The notes below the pieces were generated by a model that had not been told where the DNA came from, made no database searches, and worked only from the letters and a program-made list of their open reading frames with translations. Positions 10,242-20,147 of a stretch of 64,000 nt of DNA are shown here, one piece after another (the stretch's first letter is position 1; each line of letters starts with the position of its first letter). This stretch comes from an uncultured Poribacteria bacterium (lineage in GTDB: Bacteria > Poribacteria > WGA-4E > WGA-3G): positions 5,024,001-5,088,000 of the forward strand of contig OX638351.1 in the NCBI GenBank assembly GCA_951813565.1, written 5' to 3'. Both the position numbers and the translations under genes were made by a program.

Positions 10242-11558
10242 TTGCGCTATTGCAAACCGACCTTTTGTCGGCTATTCATCTTTTTTCTTTTAATTGCTAT
10301 TCCAATGTCCACCACTGCCAGCGATTGGCCAAGTTGGCGAGGACCTAACCAGGATGGCACATCTGAAGAAACTGAACTAATATCTAACTGGTCTGTTGAA
10401 GGAGAAAACCTGCTCTGGCAGGCAGATTTTATCGGACGTTCCACACCGGTAGTTCTCAACGATAGAGTTTATGTTATGGGGCGTATCGGCAAGGATATAA
10501 CCGAACAGGAACGCATCGCTTGTTTTGATGCAAAAACCGGTGACCTGTTGTGGAATCATCAAATGAACGTATTTCATACCACTATCACCTTCAACCGCGT
10601 CGGTTGGACAAATCCTGTCGGTGATACGGAAACCGGTAATATCTACATCCACGGCATCCAAGGGCTTTTTATCTGCTTTGATAAGGATGGAAACATTGTC
10701 TGGTCACGCTCTCTAACTGAGGAATATGGGCGGATTTCTGGATACGGCGGACGTGTTCACACCCCGATTATTGCTGGCAATCTTGTGGTTATCAGTTATC
10801 TGAATGTAGGATGGGGAAATCAATCTATCCCTCGGCACCGTTATTTTGCTTTTGACAAACGGAACGGCGACTTGATTTGGGTATCAACCCCCGGCGGTAG
10901 ACCGCTTGATACTACGTACTCTACGCCAGTTGTCACCGAGATCAATGGACAGTCACTTATTATTGGCGGCAATGCTGATGGCAGCATTTACGCTATGAAG
11001 CAGACGACTGGTGAGATGGTCTGGGGGTTTAAGTTGAGTAAACGTGGAATCAATACCTCAGTCATTGTTGCTGGCACAAAGGTTTACGCTACACATAGCG
11101 AAGAAAATTTTGATACTACCGCGATGGGGCGCGTTGTCTGTATTGATGCAACGGGAACTGGAGATGTTACCGCAACCCATGAAGTGTGGCGATATGATGG
11201 AGTCGGCGTTGGATACGCTTCGCCTACACTCAAAAATGGACAACTCTACGTGGTAGATAACTCAGCAAATATGCATTGTCTCAATGCTGAAACTGGTAAA
11301 CTCTTATGGCAGCACAGCATCGGGACCGTCGGCAAAGGGTCGCCTGTGTGGGCAGATGGAAAATTGTACGCCACTGAAGTCAATGGCAAATTCCATATCC
11401 TTCAACCCGGCGCGGACAAGTGTGAGTCGCTCAGTGTCCAGGAGATAAACCGAGAAGAAGATGATCACTACGTTGAAATCTACGGTTCACCTGCTATTGC
11501 TGATGGACGCATCTATTTCACCACTGAAGAACATGTCTATTGTATCGGGAGGAAATAA
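10242..11558 (+). CDS. PQQ-binding-like (BamB-like) beta-propeller protein
   Basis: DWPSWRGP N-terminus, repeated D/N-x-x-TG-x-x-x-W blades. TTG start chosen after AGGAGG. Confidence 0.85.
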   Translation: MRYCKPTFCRLFIFFLLIAIPMSTTASDWPSWRGPNQDGTSEETELISNWSVEGENLLWQADFIGRSTPVVLNDRVYVMGRIGKDITEQERIACFDAKTGDLLWNHQMNVFHTTITFNRVGWTNPVGDTETGNIYIHGIQGLFICFDKDGNIVWSRSLTEEYGRISGYGGRVHTPIIAGNLVVISYLNVGWGNQSIPRHRYFAFDKRNGDLIWVSTPGGRPLDTTYSTPVVTEINGQSLIIGGNADGSIYAMKQTTGEMVWGFKLSKRGINTSVIVAGTKVYATHSEENFDTTAMGRVVCIDATGTGDVTATHEVWRYDGVGVGYASPTLKNGQLYVVDNSANMHCLNAETGKLLWQHSIGTVGKGSPVWADGKLYATEVNGKFHILQPGADKCESLSVQEINREEDDHYVEIYGSPAIADGRIYFTTEEHVYCIGRK

Positions 11559-12511
11559 TGAAAAAAATTTGTTTTACAACGAGGCAGAAAAATTATGTTT
11601 TCGGACGACATATTTTCTACGCAGGCTTGATAATCTGTCTTCTCGTCGCAGGTTGTGCAAGCAAAGAGATCGCAGCGCCTGAAATGAGTAATGAACCTGC
11701 TGTTACACTCCTGCTCACCCCAGCAGAAACCATTACATCAGGCGAACCCGTTGCTTTCAACGTCATAGGGTTTGATGTAAATGGGAAACGCACAAGTGCG
11801 ATTGGTACAATAGAATGGACGCTAACTGGTTTAACTGGAACACTTGAGGATAACCAATTCACACCAGATAAAAGTGCTGGAGCGCATGCAGGCACTGTCA
11901 CTGCACAATCGGGAGAGTTAAAGGCAACTGCCCGAATTCGCGTGATTCCTCCACTGCCATGGACAGAAGATTTTGAAAATGTTGAACTTGAAAAAGCCCC
12001 CTCACACTGGATCGCTGCTACAAACAAATATTTTGTTCGTGAAAAAGATGGCAACAAGATATTAGTTAAAACACCTGTCCAGCGAGGTTTAGACAAGTCT
12101 AATGTTTACATCGGTCCGCCAACAATGAAAAACTATCAGATTCAGGTTGACCTGATGGGAACGAGAAACAAACGCCGTTTGCCAGATATGGGCTTAATTG
12201 CTAATCGTTATACGTTGGATATGCAAGGTAGACAGCAACGTTTGCAGATCCGATCATGGGCATCTGATTTGCGCATGGCAAAAACGATAGACTTTGCATG
12301 GGAAACAGATGTCTGGTATACCATGAAAATGAAGGTAGATATTGTTGACGATAAAGCGGTAATTAGAGGAAAGGTGTGGCGCAAGGGTGAAGATGAACCG
12401 GATGAATGGACTATTACTGCCGAAGACCCACTTCCGAATCGTGAAGGCAGCCCCGGTATCTACGCTTACTCCGTAACTGAAATCTATTATGATAATTTGA
12501 AGGTATGGTGA
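11558..12511 (+). CDS. Lipoprotein with Ig-like and lectin/jellyroll-like domains
   Basis: TAATG coupling to the upstream gene, lipobox LVAGC, beta-rich sequence. Confidence 0.65.
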   Translation: MKKICFTTRQKNYVFGRHIFYAGLIICLLVAGCASKEIAAPEMSNEPAVTLLLTPAETITSGEPVAFNVIGFDVNGKRTSAIGTIEWTLTGLTGTLEDNQFTPDKSAGAHAGTVTAQSGELKATARIRVIPPLPWTEDFENVELEKAPSHWIAATNKYFVREKDGNKILVKTPVQRGLDKSNVYIGPPTMKNYQIQVDLMGTRNKRRLPDMGLIANRYTLDMQGRQQRLQIRSWASDLRMAKTIDFAWETDVWYTMKMKVDIVDDKAVIRGKVWRKGEDEPDEWTITAEDPLPNREGSPGIYAYSVTEIYYDNLKVW

Positions 12512-12514
12512 TAT

Positions 12515-14113
12515 ATGTTTTTTGAATGTAAAGGCGGTGCTAAAGGCATCGCTATGTTTTCTGGTGTCTTAACTAAACTTATTCGCAAATTAAATTACAT
12601 GCCAAGTAGATTAAATTTATCATACACGCGCACCTATGCTGAAAAGTATAGTTATAGAATGCGTTCGTATTCATTTGCCATTTTCATATTCGGTCTACTC
12701 AGTATTTTTCAAGTGTCCAACAGTTTTGCAGATAGCCATTTGTCTGCTAAGAAAGAAATAGCACTATGGGGTGGGTCGTTAAGCCGTAACATGGTCTCAG
12801 ATGAGAAAGACATCCCAGTAGAATGGGATTTGGCGACAGGCGAAAATATCAAATGGACAGCAGAACTCGGTTCACAAAGTTATGCAGGACCTCTCGTTGT
12901 CGGGGGCAAAGTTTTTGTCGGAACAAACAATGAAGCGCTAAAAAATCCAAAATTGACTGGGGACCGTGGAAATCTCATGGCGTTTCGTGAATCCGATGGT
13001 GCATTTCTGTGGCAAATCACACACACGAAACTCCCTTCTGGACGCGTAAACGATTGGCCTCTGCAGGGAATCTGTTCTACCCCATATATTGAAGGTGATC
13101 GGCTCTACTACATCTCTAACCGGTGTGAGGTTGTCTGTGTTGATACGGAAGGTTTTCTGGATGGCGAAAATGACGGTCCCTTTAAAGAGGAAACCGAAAC
13201 CAGCGAAATTGACGGGGACATTATCTGGATTTACGATATGATGGATGAGTTGGATGTCTTTCCACATAACCTCGCTACCTGTTCTCCGCTTGTTATTGGT
13301 GATCTACTCTTTTTGGAAACAAGCAACGGTGTTGATGAAACGCACATCCACATCCCTGTTCCTGATGCTCCAAGTTTTATTGCATTGAATAAAAACACAG
13401 GTGAACTTGTTTGGGAAGATGCCTCTCCTGGTGAAAATATACTACATGGGCAGTGGTCAAACCCAGCTTATGGCGTTATCAAAGGCGTTCCACAGGTTAT
13501 CATTCCAGGTGGTGATGGTTGGGTGTATGCCTTTGAACCTGAAACCGGCAACATCATCTGGAAGTTTGACTGCAACCCGAAAGACTCTGAATGGGAACTC
13601 GGTGGTCGTGGCACACGGAACAATATTATCTCAACCCCAGTCGTTCATGATGACAAAGTCTATCTCGCTGTTGGACAAGACCCTGAACACGGCGAAGGCG
13701 TAGGACACCTCTGGTGCATTGATGCCTCACAAACAGGCGATATTACCTCAACCGCTGTGGTCTGGCACTTTGGAAATGAACAGTTCAATCGCACAATGTC
13801 CACCGTTGCTATCCATGACGGACTTCTCTATATCTCCGACTTAAGCGGTTTCCTTTATTGCTTGGATGTTAAAACAGGCGACCTTTACTGGACGCATGAT
13901 ACCTTTGCTGCCATCTGGGGGTCGCCCTATGTAGTAGACGGTAAAGTCTACCTCGGTAATGAAGATGGCGATGTTGTCATTTTAAAAACGGGTAAAACCA
14001 AAGAAGTATTGTATGAAACCAATATGGGGAGTTCAGTTTATACTACGCCCGTGGCCAAGGATGGTGTGCTTTACATCGTAACCCGTAATCAGTTGATTGC
14101 AATTTCTGAATAG
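12515..14113 (+). CDS. PQQ-binding-like beta-propeller protein (start uncertain)
   Basis: WGGSLSRNMVS, repeated TG-x-x-x-W blades, WGSPYVVDGKVY. Confidence 0.85.
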   Translation: MFFECKGGAKGIAMFSGVLTKLIRKLNYMPSRLNLSYTRTYAEKYSYRMRSYSFAIFIFGLLSIFQVSNSFADSHLSAKKEIALWGGSLSRNMVSDEKDIPVEWDLATGENIKWTAELGSQSYAGPLVVGGKVFVGTNNEALKNPKLTGDRGNLMAFRESDGAFLWQITHTKLPSGRVNDWPLQGICSTPYIEGDRLYYISNRCEVVCVDTEGFLDGENDGPFKEETETSEIDGDIIWIYDMMDELDVFPHNLATCSPLVIGDLLFLETSNGVDETHIHIPVPDAPSFIALNKNTGELVWEDASPGENILHGQWSNPAYGVIKGVPQVIIPGGDGWVYAFEPETGNIIWKFDCNPKDSEWELGGRGTRNNIISTPVVHDDKVYLAVGQDPEHGEGVGHLWCIDASQTGDITSTAVVWHFGNEQFNRTMSTVAIHDGLLYISDLSGFLYCLDVKTGDLYWTHDTFAAIWGSPYVVDGKVYLGNEDGDVVILKTGKTKEVLYETNMGSSVYTTPVAKDGVLYIVTRNQLIAISE

Positions 14114-14149
14114 AATTCTGATTAACACCAGAGTCATTAGAAGAATTTT

Positions 14150-15229
14150 ATGCAAAAAACCCTTTCTCAAAAAATAGAAAATGCGCGAACCGCACTTGAT
14201 GCGCATGTGCGAAAAATTGTCAACTGGCACTTTAGTCCAGAAACTGGATGTCCCTTCTGGTTAGAATTCGCAGAAAACTTAGATTTTGATCCGAGAAAAG
14301 AGATCGGTGGATATGCCGATCTCAAATGCCTTGGACATTTCCAAGATGAATGGCTACGGGGTGGGCCGGTTCGACGCTGGGTACCGAAAGCGTATGCTGA
14401 TCAACCGATTTATGTTTTTGAAACCGGCGGCTCAACAGGTGTGCCGAAATGTCGCATCAGTATCCGAGATTTCCATATTGATTACGAGTTGTTCAGTCAA
14501 ACGTTATCCGACGAAAGTTTTCCACGCGGTAGCGATTGGCTGATGTTGGGTCCGACAGGACCGCGCCGATTACGGCTTGCGGTTGAACATCTCGCACAAC
14601 ATCGTGGCGGCATCTGTTTCCTTGTTGATCTTGACCCGCGTTGGGTAAATCAACTTGTCCGTTACGGAAAACATCAGGAATTGGACGCTTATAAGAGCCA
14701 CGTCATCTCGCAAGCACTAAACGTCCTAAAAGCGCACGAAAACGTTCAATGTCTCTTTACCACACCGAAACTGCTTGAAGCGTTATGTGAAAAAATCTCC
14801 TTACAAAAGGTGGGGATTAAAGGCATCTTTTGTGGCGGCACTGAAATGGACGCACAATTTCACCGTTTTGCCAGGGAAGAACTCGTACCGGGAATTGATT
14901 TTGTGCCGACCTACGGTAATACTCTCATGGGATTAGCCACATGTAAACCCTTTGATCCTGCTGATAACTACGCGATAATTTATTATCCTCCACAACCGCG
15001 CGCTGTAATTGAGTTGGTTAATCCACAAAACCCTGATGAGCCAGTAGATTATGGCGAAACGGGACGCGTCATGCTCACAACATTGACAAAGGAATTTTTT
15101 GTCCCGAGATTTCTTGAGCGTGACGAAGCAGAGCGCGCTGAACCAATTCCAGAATATCCTTGGGATGGCGTTGAAAATCTCCGTCTGCTTTCTGAACTCC
15201 AAGAAAGTGTTGTTGTGGGTGTCTATTAA
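14150..15229 (+). CDS. EhpF/GriC-like adenylate-forming protein
   Basis: WHFSPETGCPFWL, ETGGSTGVPK, PTGP, DLDPRWV, GGTE, YGETGRVML, terminal GVY match my recollection of EhpF motifs. Confidence 0.75.
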   Translation: MQKTLSQKIENARTALDAHVRKIVNWHFSPETGCPFWLEFAENLDFDPRKEIGGYADLKCLGHFQDEWLRGGPVRRWVPKAYADQPIYVFETGGSTGVPKCRISIRDFHIDYELFSQTLSDESFPRGSDWLMLGPTGPRRLRLAVEHLAQHRGGICFLVDLDPRWVNQLVRYGKHQELDAYKSHVISQALNVLKAHENVQCLFTTPKLLEALCEKISLQKVGIKGIFCGGTEMDAQFHRFAREELVPGIDFVPTYGNTLMGLATCKPFDPADNYAIIYYPPQPRAVIELVNPQNPDEPVDYGETGRVMLTTLTKEFFVPRFLERDEAERAEPIPEYPWDGVENLRLLSELQESVVVGVY

Positions 15230-15254
15230 AGTCTCTTATTCAAAGGAGATAAAC

Positions 15255-15584
15255 ATGGAACAGATTCAAATTATTGAAATAGAAGATCCAGTATACGAAG
15301 AAGCCTATGCCGCCCATATCCAAAAAAATGGGGAAAAGTGGATCGGATGGATACCGGAAGTTCCTGAAGTGAAGTGTGAAGAAAACACACAAGAAGAATT
15401 GCTGAAAACACTTGCAAAAGAACTCCACAAAGCCTTAGAAGCGGAACAGGAAGCATGGGAAAAGCAGCTTGAAGAAAATGTGAAAGCAGGGCATCTTGAT
15501 CATCTCTTAGAAAAAGCAGAAAAGAATTTCAAAGCCGGCAGATACTACAAGATAGAAGACCTCCAGAAATTACTGGAGAAGTAG
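15255..15584 (+). CDS. Putative antitoxin with HicB-like N-terminus
   Basis: AAGGAG RBS, WIGWIPEVPEVKC.E.T.EEL, directly upstream of a RelE-like toxin. Confidence 0.7.
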   Translation: MEQIQIIEIEDPVYEEAYAAHIQKNGEKWIGWIPEVPEVKCEENTQEELLKTLAKELHKALEAEQEAWEKQLEENVKAGHLDHLLEKAEKNFKAGRYYKIEDLQKLLEK

Positions 15585-15592
15585 TTTGTTAC

Positions 15593-15853
15593 ATGAATCA
15601 TATTCTGAATGTAGATTTTTGGAGGTTTTGCACGAGACTGCCTCCAGAAATTCAGAGACGTGTTCCGCAGAAATTTCAACTGCTAAGACAAAATCCAAGA
15701 CATCCTTCTCTTCGTTTCAAAAAAGTTGGGATTCTTTGGGCAATCCGAATCGGTAAGGGATACAGAGCTTTAGCACGAAAAAAGGAAAGGGTGTTCGACT
15801 GGTTTTGGATTGGAAAACACGATGAGTATATGAGGCGGATCCGAGAAAATTGA
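15593..15853 (+). CDS. RelE/ParE-superfamily toxin
   Basis: LLRQNPRHPSLRFKKVG...WAIRIGKGYRALA...WFWIGKHDEY. Confidence 0.8.
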   Translation: MNHILNVDFWRFCTRLPPEIQRRVPQKFQLLRQNPRHPSLRFKKVGILWAIRIGKGYRALARKKERVFDWFWIGKHDEYMRRIREN

Positions 15854-15881
15854 AGAATAGATATTTTATATCCATCTTCTT

Positions 15882-15980
15882 GAACGCGCTAAACCGATTC
15901 TCGAATATCCGTGGGATGGCGTTGAAAGCTTGTGCCTGCTTTCTGAATTGCAAGAAACCGTCGTAGTAGGTGTTTATTAA
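15882..15980 (+). repeat. Diverged duplicate of the last 33 codons of the EhpF-like gene (15131-15229)
   Basis: ERAKPILEYPWDGVESLCLLSELQETVVVGVY* versus ERAEPIPEYPWDGVENLRLLSELQESVVVGVY*. Confidence 0.9.
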
Positions 15981-16006
15981 CACTCTCTTATTCAAAGGAG
16001 ATAAAC

Positions 16007-16309
16007 ATGGAACAGATTCAAATTATTGAAATAAAAGATACAGTATATGAAGAAACCTATGCTGCCCATATTCAGAAAAATGGGGCAAAGTGGATCGGAT
16101 GGGTCCCAGAAGTTCCCGATGTAAAGTGTCAAGAAAACACACAGGAAGAATTGCTGAAAATGCTTGAAAAGAAACTGCATGAAGCCTTAGTCGCTGAGGA
16201 TGAGGCGTGGGAAAAGCAGTTTGAGGAAGACGTGAAGGCTGGACATCTTGACACTCTTCGCGAGGAAGCTCTTGAGGATTTACGAGCAGGAAAATGTATT
16301 GATCTATAG
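16007..16309 (+). CDS. Putative antitoxin, paralog of 15255..15584
   Basis: Same RBS context, MEQIQIIEI start and high similarity. Confidence 0.7.
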   Translation: MEQIQIIEIKDTVYEETYAAHIQKNGAKWIGWVPEVPDVKCQENTQEELLKMLEKKLHEALVAEDEAWEKQFEEDVKAGHLDTLREEALEDLRAGKCIDL

Positions 16310-16557
16310 GACTAACCGTAAATTTTGGGAGTATTATCATGCCCTTCCTGAAGAGATTCAAAAACGTGCAGATGAGAAGTTTGAACTGCTAAAGCGGGAT
16401 TCAAAACATCCTTCCCTGCGATTGAAAAGGTTGGACCAGATTGGGTTGTACGTATCAGCAAAGACTACCGGGCTTTGGCAACCGAAGAAGACAGAGTTTA
16501 GTTTGGTATTGGATCGGAAAACACGATGAGTATATGAGGCGTATCAGGGAAAGCTGA
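16299..16557 (+). pseudogene. RelE/ParE-like toxin with two -1 frameshifts
   Basis: HPSLRLK(K)VG..WVVRISKDYRALA..(L)VWYWIGKHDEY recovered only after adding one base at ~16427 and one at ~16497. Confidence 0.75.
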
Positions 16558-16607
16558 CGTGGGAGTTTCTGATGTTTCCTTTTTTGGAACGCGCGAGCCG
16601 AAAATAA

Positions 16608-16949
16608 ATGATGCCTGACACACATCCGAGAGAACTGGAAGTCTACCAGACTCAAAATGGCAAAGAACCTTTCACTGAATGGTTGGCATCAATTCGAGAG
16701 CAAAGGACACGAACCAGAATTAGAGATAGACTTGAACGGCTTGAAATCGGGAACTTTGGGGATTGCGGGGCTGTTGGTGGAGGTGTTTTTGAGATGCGCC
16801 TCCATTTCGGAGCAGGTTATCGTATCTATTTTGGTGAAGTTAATAACACGATTGTTCTTCTGCTCTGTGGTGGTGATAAATCATCGCAGGCACGGGATAT
16901 TGAACGTGCCAAAACCTATTGGTTGGAATACAAGGAGGCAGACAGATGA
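16608..16949 (+). CDS. Addiction-module killer protein (RelE/HigB family)
   Basis: GNFGDCGAVGGGVFEMRLHFGAGYRIYF, LLLCGGDKSSQARDI. Confidence 0.9.
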   Translation: MMPDTHPRELEVYQTQNGKEPFTEWLASIREQRTRTRIRDRLERLEIGNFGDCGAVGGGVFEMRLHFGAGYRIYFGEVNNTIVLLLCGGDKSSQARDIERAKTYWLEYKEADR

Positions 16950-17341
16950 AAAAATATCGCACATGGCACGAGGTCTTAGTTGAACAACTGACAAGTCGAG
17001 ATGAAGCACTTGACTATCTCCAATTTGCCTTAGAAGAATACCAAGTAAATGGAGACAAACCATTTTTTTTACGAGCTCTCCGAACAGTTTTTGAAGCACA
17101 AGGTGAAATTGTGAAGAAAACAAGCGTTGTCCCTGAAACTCTCTCGGAAGTACTGTCCAGTGACGAGTCACCAAGCATTGACGCGCTCGTTACCATTCTC
17201 AATGCGTTTGGATGGCGACTCTCTATTGAACCGATAGCGGGCGCGTATCCCGATCTGGAAGTTTCAGGCAACAAAGAAGTAGACTTGAACGCGTCAACGG
17301 AAAAAATTGCAGAGTCCGTTGTTGAAGTACCACCATCTTGA
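16946..17341 (+). CDS. Addiction-module antidote (HTH, HigA-like)
   Basis: ATGA overlap with the toxin, YLQFALE...FLRALRTV...PSIDALVTILNAFG. Confidence 0.8.
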   Translation: MKKYRTWHEVLVEQLTSRDEALDYLQFALEEYQVNGDKPFFLRALRTVFEAQGEIVKKTSVVPETLSEVLSSDESPSIDALVTILNAFGWRLSIEPIAGAYPDLEVSGNKEVDLNASTEKIAESVVEVPPS

Positions 17342-17355
17342 TGAGGAATCTTAAA

Positions 17356-18057
17356 ATGCCAACAAATATTCAAAAAGTCTTTCGTTCACCCTACTCAGTC
17401 CCAAACGGTTTACAGGTTACAAACGATGGTTTGTGGATAGTAGACCAAATCACCGACAGAGTCGCTTTAGTTGAAATTGTTTGCGATCCAGAGTATCACG
17501 TGCCGAAACATATCCGTGACATACCGAGCGAATCCTCCAACACAAGCGGCATGGCGTTTGGTGGCGGCGTGTTGTGGTTAGCTGCAAACGGTCCTGGGGA
17601 TCGGTGGCGTGCTGTCCGAGATACAGATGCCAAACCAGGGACGGGTGAGATTTTTCAAGTTGACCCAGCCACTGGTGAAACACTTGGTCGTTTTCCTGTT
17701 CCAGAAGGCGGCGGCACACACGGTGTCGAATATGACAACTACGATGAAGGGCATCTCTGGGTACAGACTCTTAAAAATCAGGAGATACACAAAGTTCGGA
17801 TATCTGATTGGTCGATCCAACACACATTACCTTTACCCTACGGCAGAGCACACGGTACTGTGCGCGTTGAAGACGGACTGTGGGTAACACACACCTCTGA
17901 TCGGGTTATCGTCAAACTTGACCTTGAAGATGGAACAATCTTGGATAAGATTGAAGTATCAGAAGATTACCCTGAACCGCACGGTTTATCCATCTACGGT
18001 GATGATTTCCTCTATTGTGATGCATCTTCTGGGTGGGTTGCAAAAATCACAAGGTAA
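17356..18057 (+). CDS. Small beta-propeller protein (Vgb/glutaminyl-cyclase-like)
   Basis: PNGL...LWIVD, SGMAFGGGVLW, HG..  LW repeats. Confidence 0.6.
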   Translation: MPTNIQKVFRSPYSVPNGLQVTNDGLWIVDQITDRVALVEIVCDPEYHVPKHIRDIPSESSNTSGMAFGGGVLWLAANGPGDRWRAVRDTDAKPGTGEIFQVDPATGETLGRFPVPEGGGTHGVEYDNYDEGHLWVQTLKNQEIHKVRISDWSIQHTLPLPYGRAHGTVRVEDGLWVTHTSDRVIVKLDLEDGTILDKIEVSEDYPEPHGLSIYGDDFLYCDASSGWVAKITR

Positions 18058-18240
18058 TAAACATTCTCTCTTTTAGGAGGGCTTTGTAAGCCGATATTCT
18101 TGTAGTTCGCAAAGATTACAAGGTAGAATCATACCATCAAGGTTAACCTCTTTCCACGGTAAATAAGGTATAATCATACACTCTTGTGGGAGCGGTTTTC
18201 AACCGCGATATGGTCATTATGTGGCAACCTAACAAAAACA

Positions 18241-19647
18241 ATGAAACACATCCCAATTTTACGCGCTGGACGTTCTTACAGAAGTTTGAAAACCGTCAGC
18301 GTTCCCCACATTAAAACAGGCGAAACTTTAGTTGAAGTCAGCCAAGCCAATACTGGTTTGATAGCCAAAGACCTCCGCGACTTGCCACTCCACAAGCAAA
18401 CACTTGCACAACATTCTGTAAAAGAATTGATTTCAATGTGCAGCGATGCTGCGCGCCTATTCACAACTGCTGACTTACCACTTGATAGTGGCACGCAATC
18501 ACCGACAGATTATATCCAACAAGTTTCTGGAACAACAGGTTTACCTGAAACCCTTTGTCAGCAAAACATGGGAAAGATACAAGGTGTTTTGGAAAATATA
18601 GAAACGGTTCTGAACGGCTTGACACGCGGACTTGACCTGGATATCATAGACACAGGATGGGGTGTGCAAAGCGGTCGGACGTTGAGTTACGTTTGTGAAA
18701 CGGATGCGCTTGGTGCAGTGCTGCCGAGTAATTCTCCTGGTGTCCACTCTCTGTGGATTCCTGCTGTCCCTTTAAAAGTACCACTGGTGCTTAAACCGGG
18801 GCGTGAGGAACCGTGGACTCCCTATCGGATAGCACAAGCTTTTATAGAAGCGGGTGTACCTCCAGAAACGTTCAGTTTTTACCCAACCGATTATCCCGGT
18901 GCTAACGAAATCCTTTTCCGTTGTGGCAGATCCATGCTGTTTGGTGGTGGTTCGACTGTAGCACCATGGTTAAATGACCCACGCGTGGAAATCCACGGAC
19001 CGGGACGCAGCAAAATTATCATCCATGAAGGACAGAATGGGAACTGGGAAGACCATCTCAATCTCATCGTAGAATCGGTAGTTAAAAACGGTGGTAGGTC
19101 ATGTATAAATGCTTCTGGCGTGTGGGTAACGGCACATGGCAATGATATTGCCGCAGCATTAGCAGAACGTTTGGCAAGTATTGAACCGAAACCACTTGAC
19201 CATCCCGAAGCAGGAATTGCTGCGTGGGCAAATCCGAAAGCAGCGCACAGTATCTCTGCACTGATTGACAGTCATCTCAAACAACCCGGCGCGACTGAAT
19301 TAACAACGGGTGAACGGGTGATTGAATTAGATGGTTGCACATTCCTTAGACCGACGGTGATATGGTGTGAAGACCCTGAACACCCCTTGGCAAACACGGA
19401 ATTCCCATTTCCATTTGTGAGTGTCGTTGAAGTGCCAGCAGCACAATTAGTCGAATCCATTGGAGCGACATTAGTTGCCACCGTTATTACCGAAGATGTG
19501 GTACTAACCCAAGCACTCTTAACAACACCTCTTGTTGATCGACTAAATATAGGTGCGATCCCGACAAATCAGATTTCTTGGGATAGTCCGCATGAAGGAA
19601 ATCTGTTCGAGCATCTCTATCGACAACGTGCATTTCAGCAGGGATGA
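18241..19647 (+). CDS. Aldehyde-dehydrogenase-fold / acyl reductase (GriD/EhpG-like)
   Basis: VLPSNSPG, LKPG, HGPGRSK, catalytic Cys in NGGRSCINAS, EFPFPF. Confidence 0.8.
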   Translation: MKHIPILRAGRSYRSLKTVSVPHIKTGETLVEVSQANTGLIAKDLRDLPLHKQTLAQHSVKELISMCSDAARLFTTADLPLDSGTQSPTDYIQQVSGTTGLPETLCQQNMGKIQGVLENIETVLNGLTRGLDLDIIDTGWGVQSGRTLSYVCETDALGAVLPSNSPGVHSLWIPAVPLKVPLVLKPGREEPWTPYRIAQAFIEAGVPPETFSFYPTDYPGANEILFRCGRSMLFGGGSTVAPWLNDPRVEIHGPGRSKIIIHEGQNGNWEDHLNLIVESVVKNGGRSCINASGVWVTAHGNDIAAALAERLASIEPKPLDHPEAGIAAWANPKAAHSISALIDSHLKQPGATELTTGERVIELDGCTFLRPTVIWCEDPEHPLANTEFPFPFVSVVEVPAAQLVESIGATLVATVITEDVVLTQALLTTPLVDRLNIGAIPTNQISWDSPHEGNLFEHLYRQRAFQQG

Positions 19648-19746
19648 TTTCTATAAACTTCTTATCAATGCGTTGTATCTGTTGTATCAGTTTAACTTAC
19701 CAAGGCAACGTAAGGATAAATAATCTGATTAAGGTTTTCTCAAAAT

Positions 19747-20147
19747 TTGAAATCGACGGCATATTTTAATCACGTCCGGCAGAGACCTGACCGCGCAAAA
19801 ATCAAAACTGAATGGATTATAGAGACTATCAGAAATCCTGTCTATACAGAAATGCAAGTTGATGGTAGAATAACCCAAGTTGCTACCTATATCGCGAATG
19901 CTCTTGTAGGAGGGGTTTCTAACCCCGATTTAAAAAAGAAAGCATAAGAATTAGCTGGAAATCCTTGTTTTTCAGTAAAAAGCAATGTCTACAAGCTTGA
20001 AATCTTGTCCGTAGCAACTTAGGTTAGAATAAGAAATGGAGATTGATTTCCGAAAAAGGTAAGTTTCTCAGAGTGATTTTGCTGGAGGATGGCGAAACAG
20101 TTCATAACGCTTTTTTCGATAGGAATTTTAAAAGAAGACCACAATGA
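19747..20147 (+). pseudogene. DUF4258/BrnT-like toxin interrupted by a MITE, with an additional 1-bp deletion
   Basis: N-half ...EMQVDGRI, C-half (K)WRLISEKGKFLRVILLEDGETVHNAFFDRNF; ATGA overlap with a DUF2283 gene. Confidence 0.75.
19873..20024. mobile_element. 152-bp MITE with IS982-like ends
   Basis: TIR ACC(C/T)AAGTTGCTAC; 7-bp target duplication TAGAATA at 19866-19872 and 20025-20031; internal REP. Confidence 0.85.
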
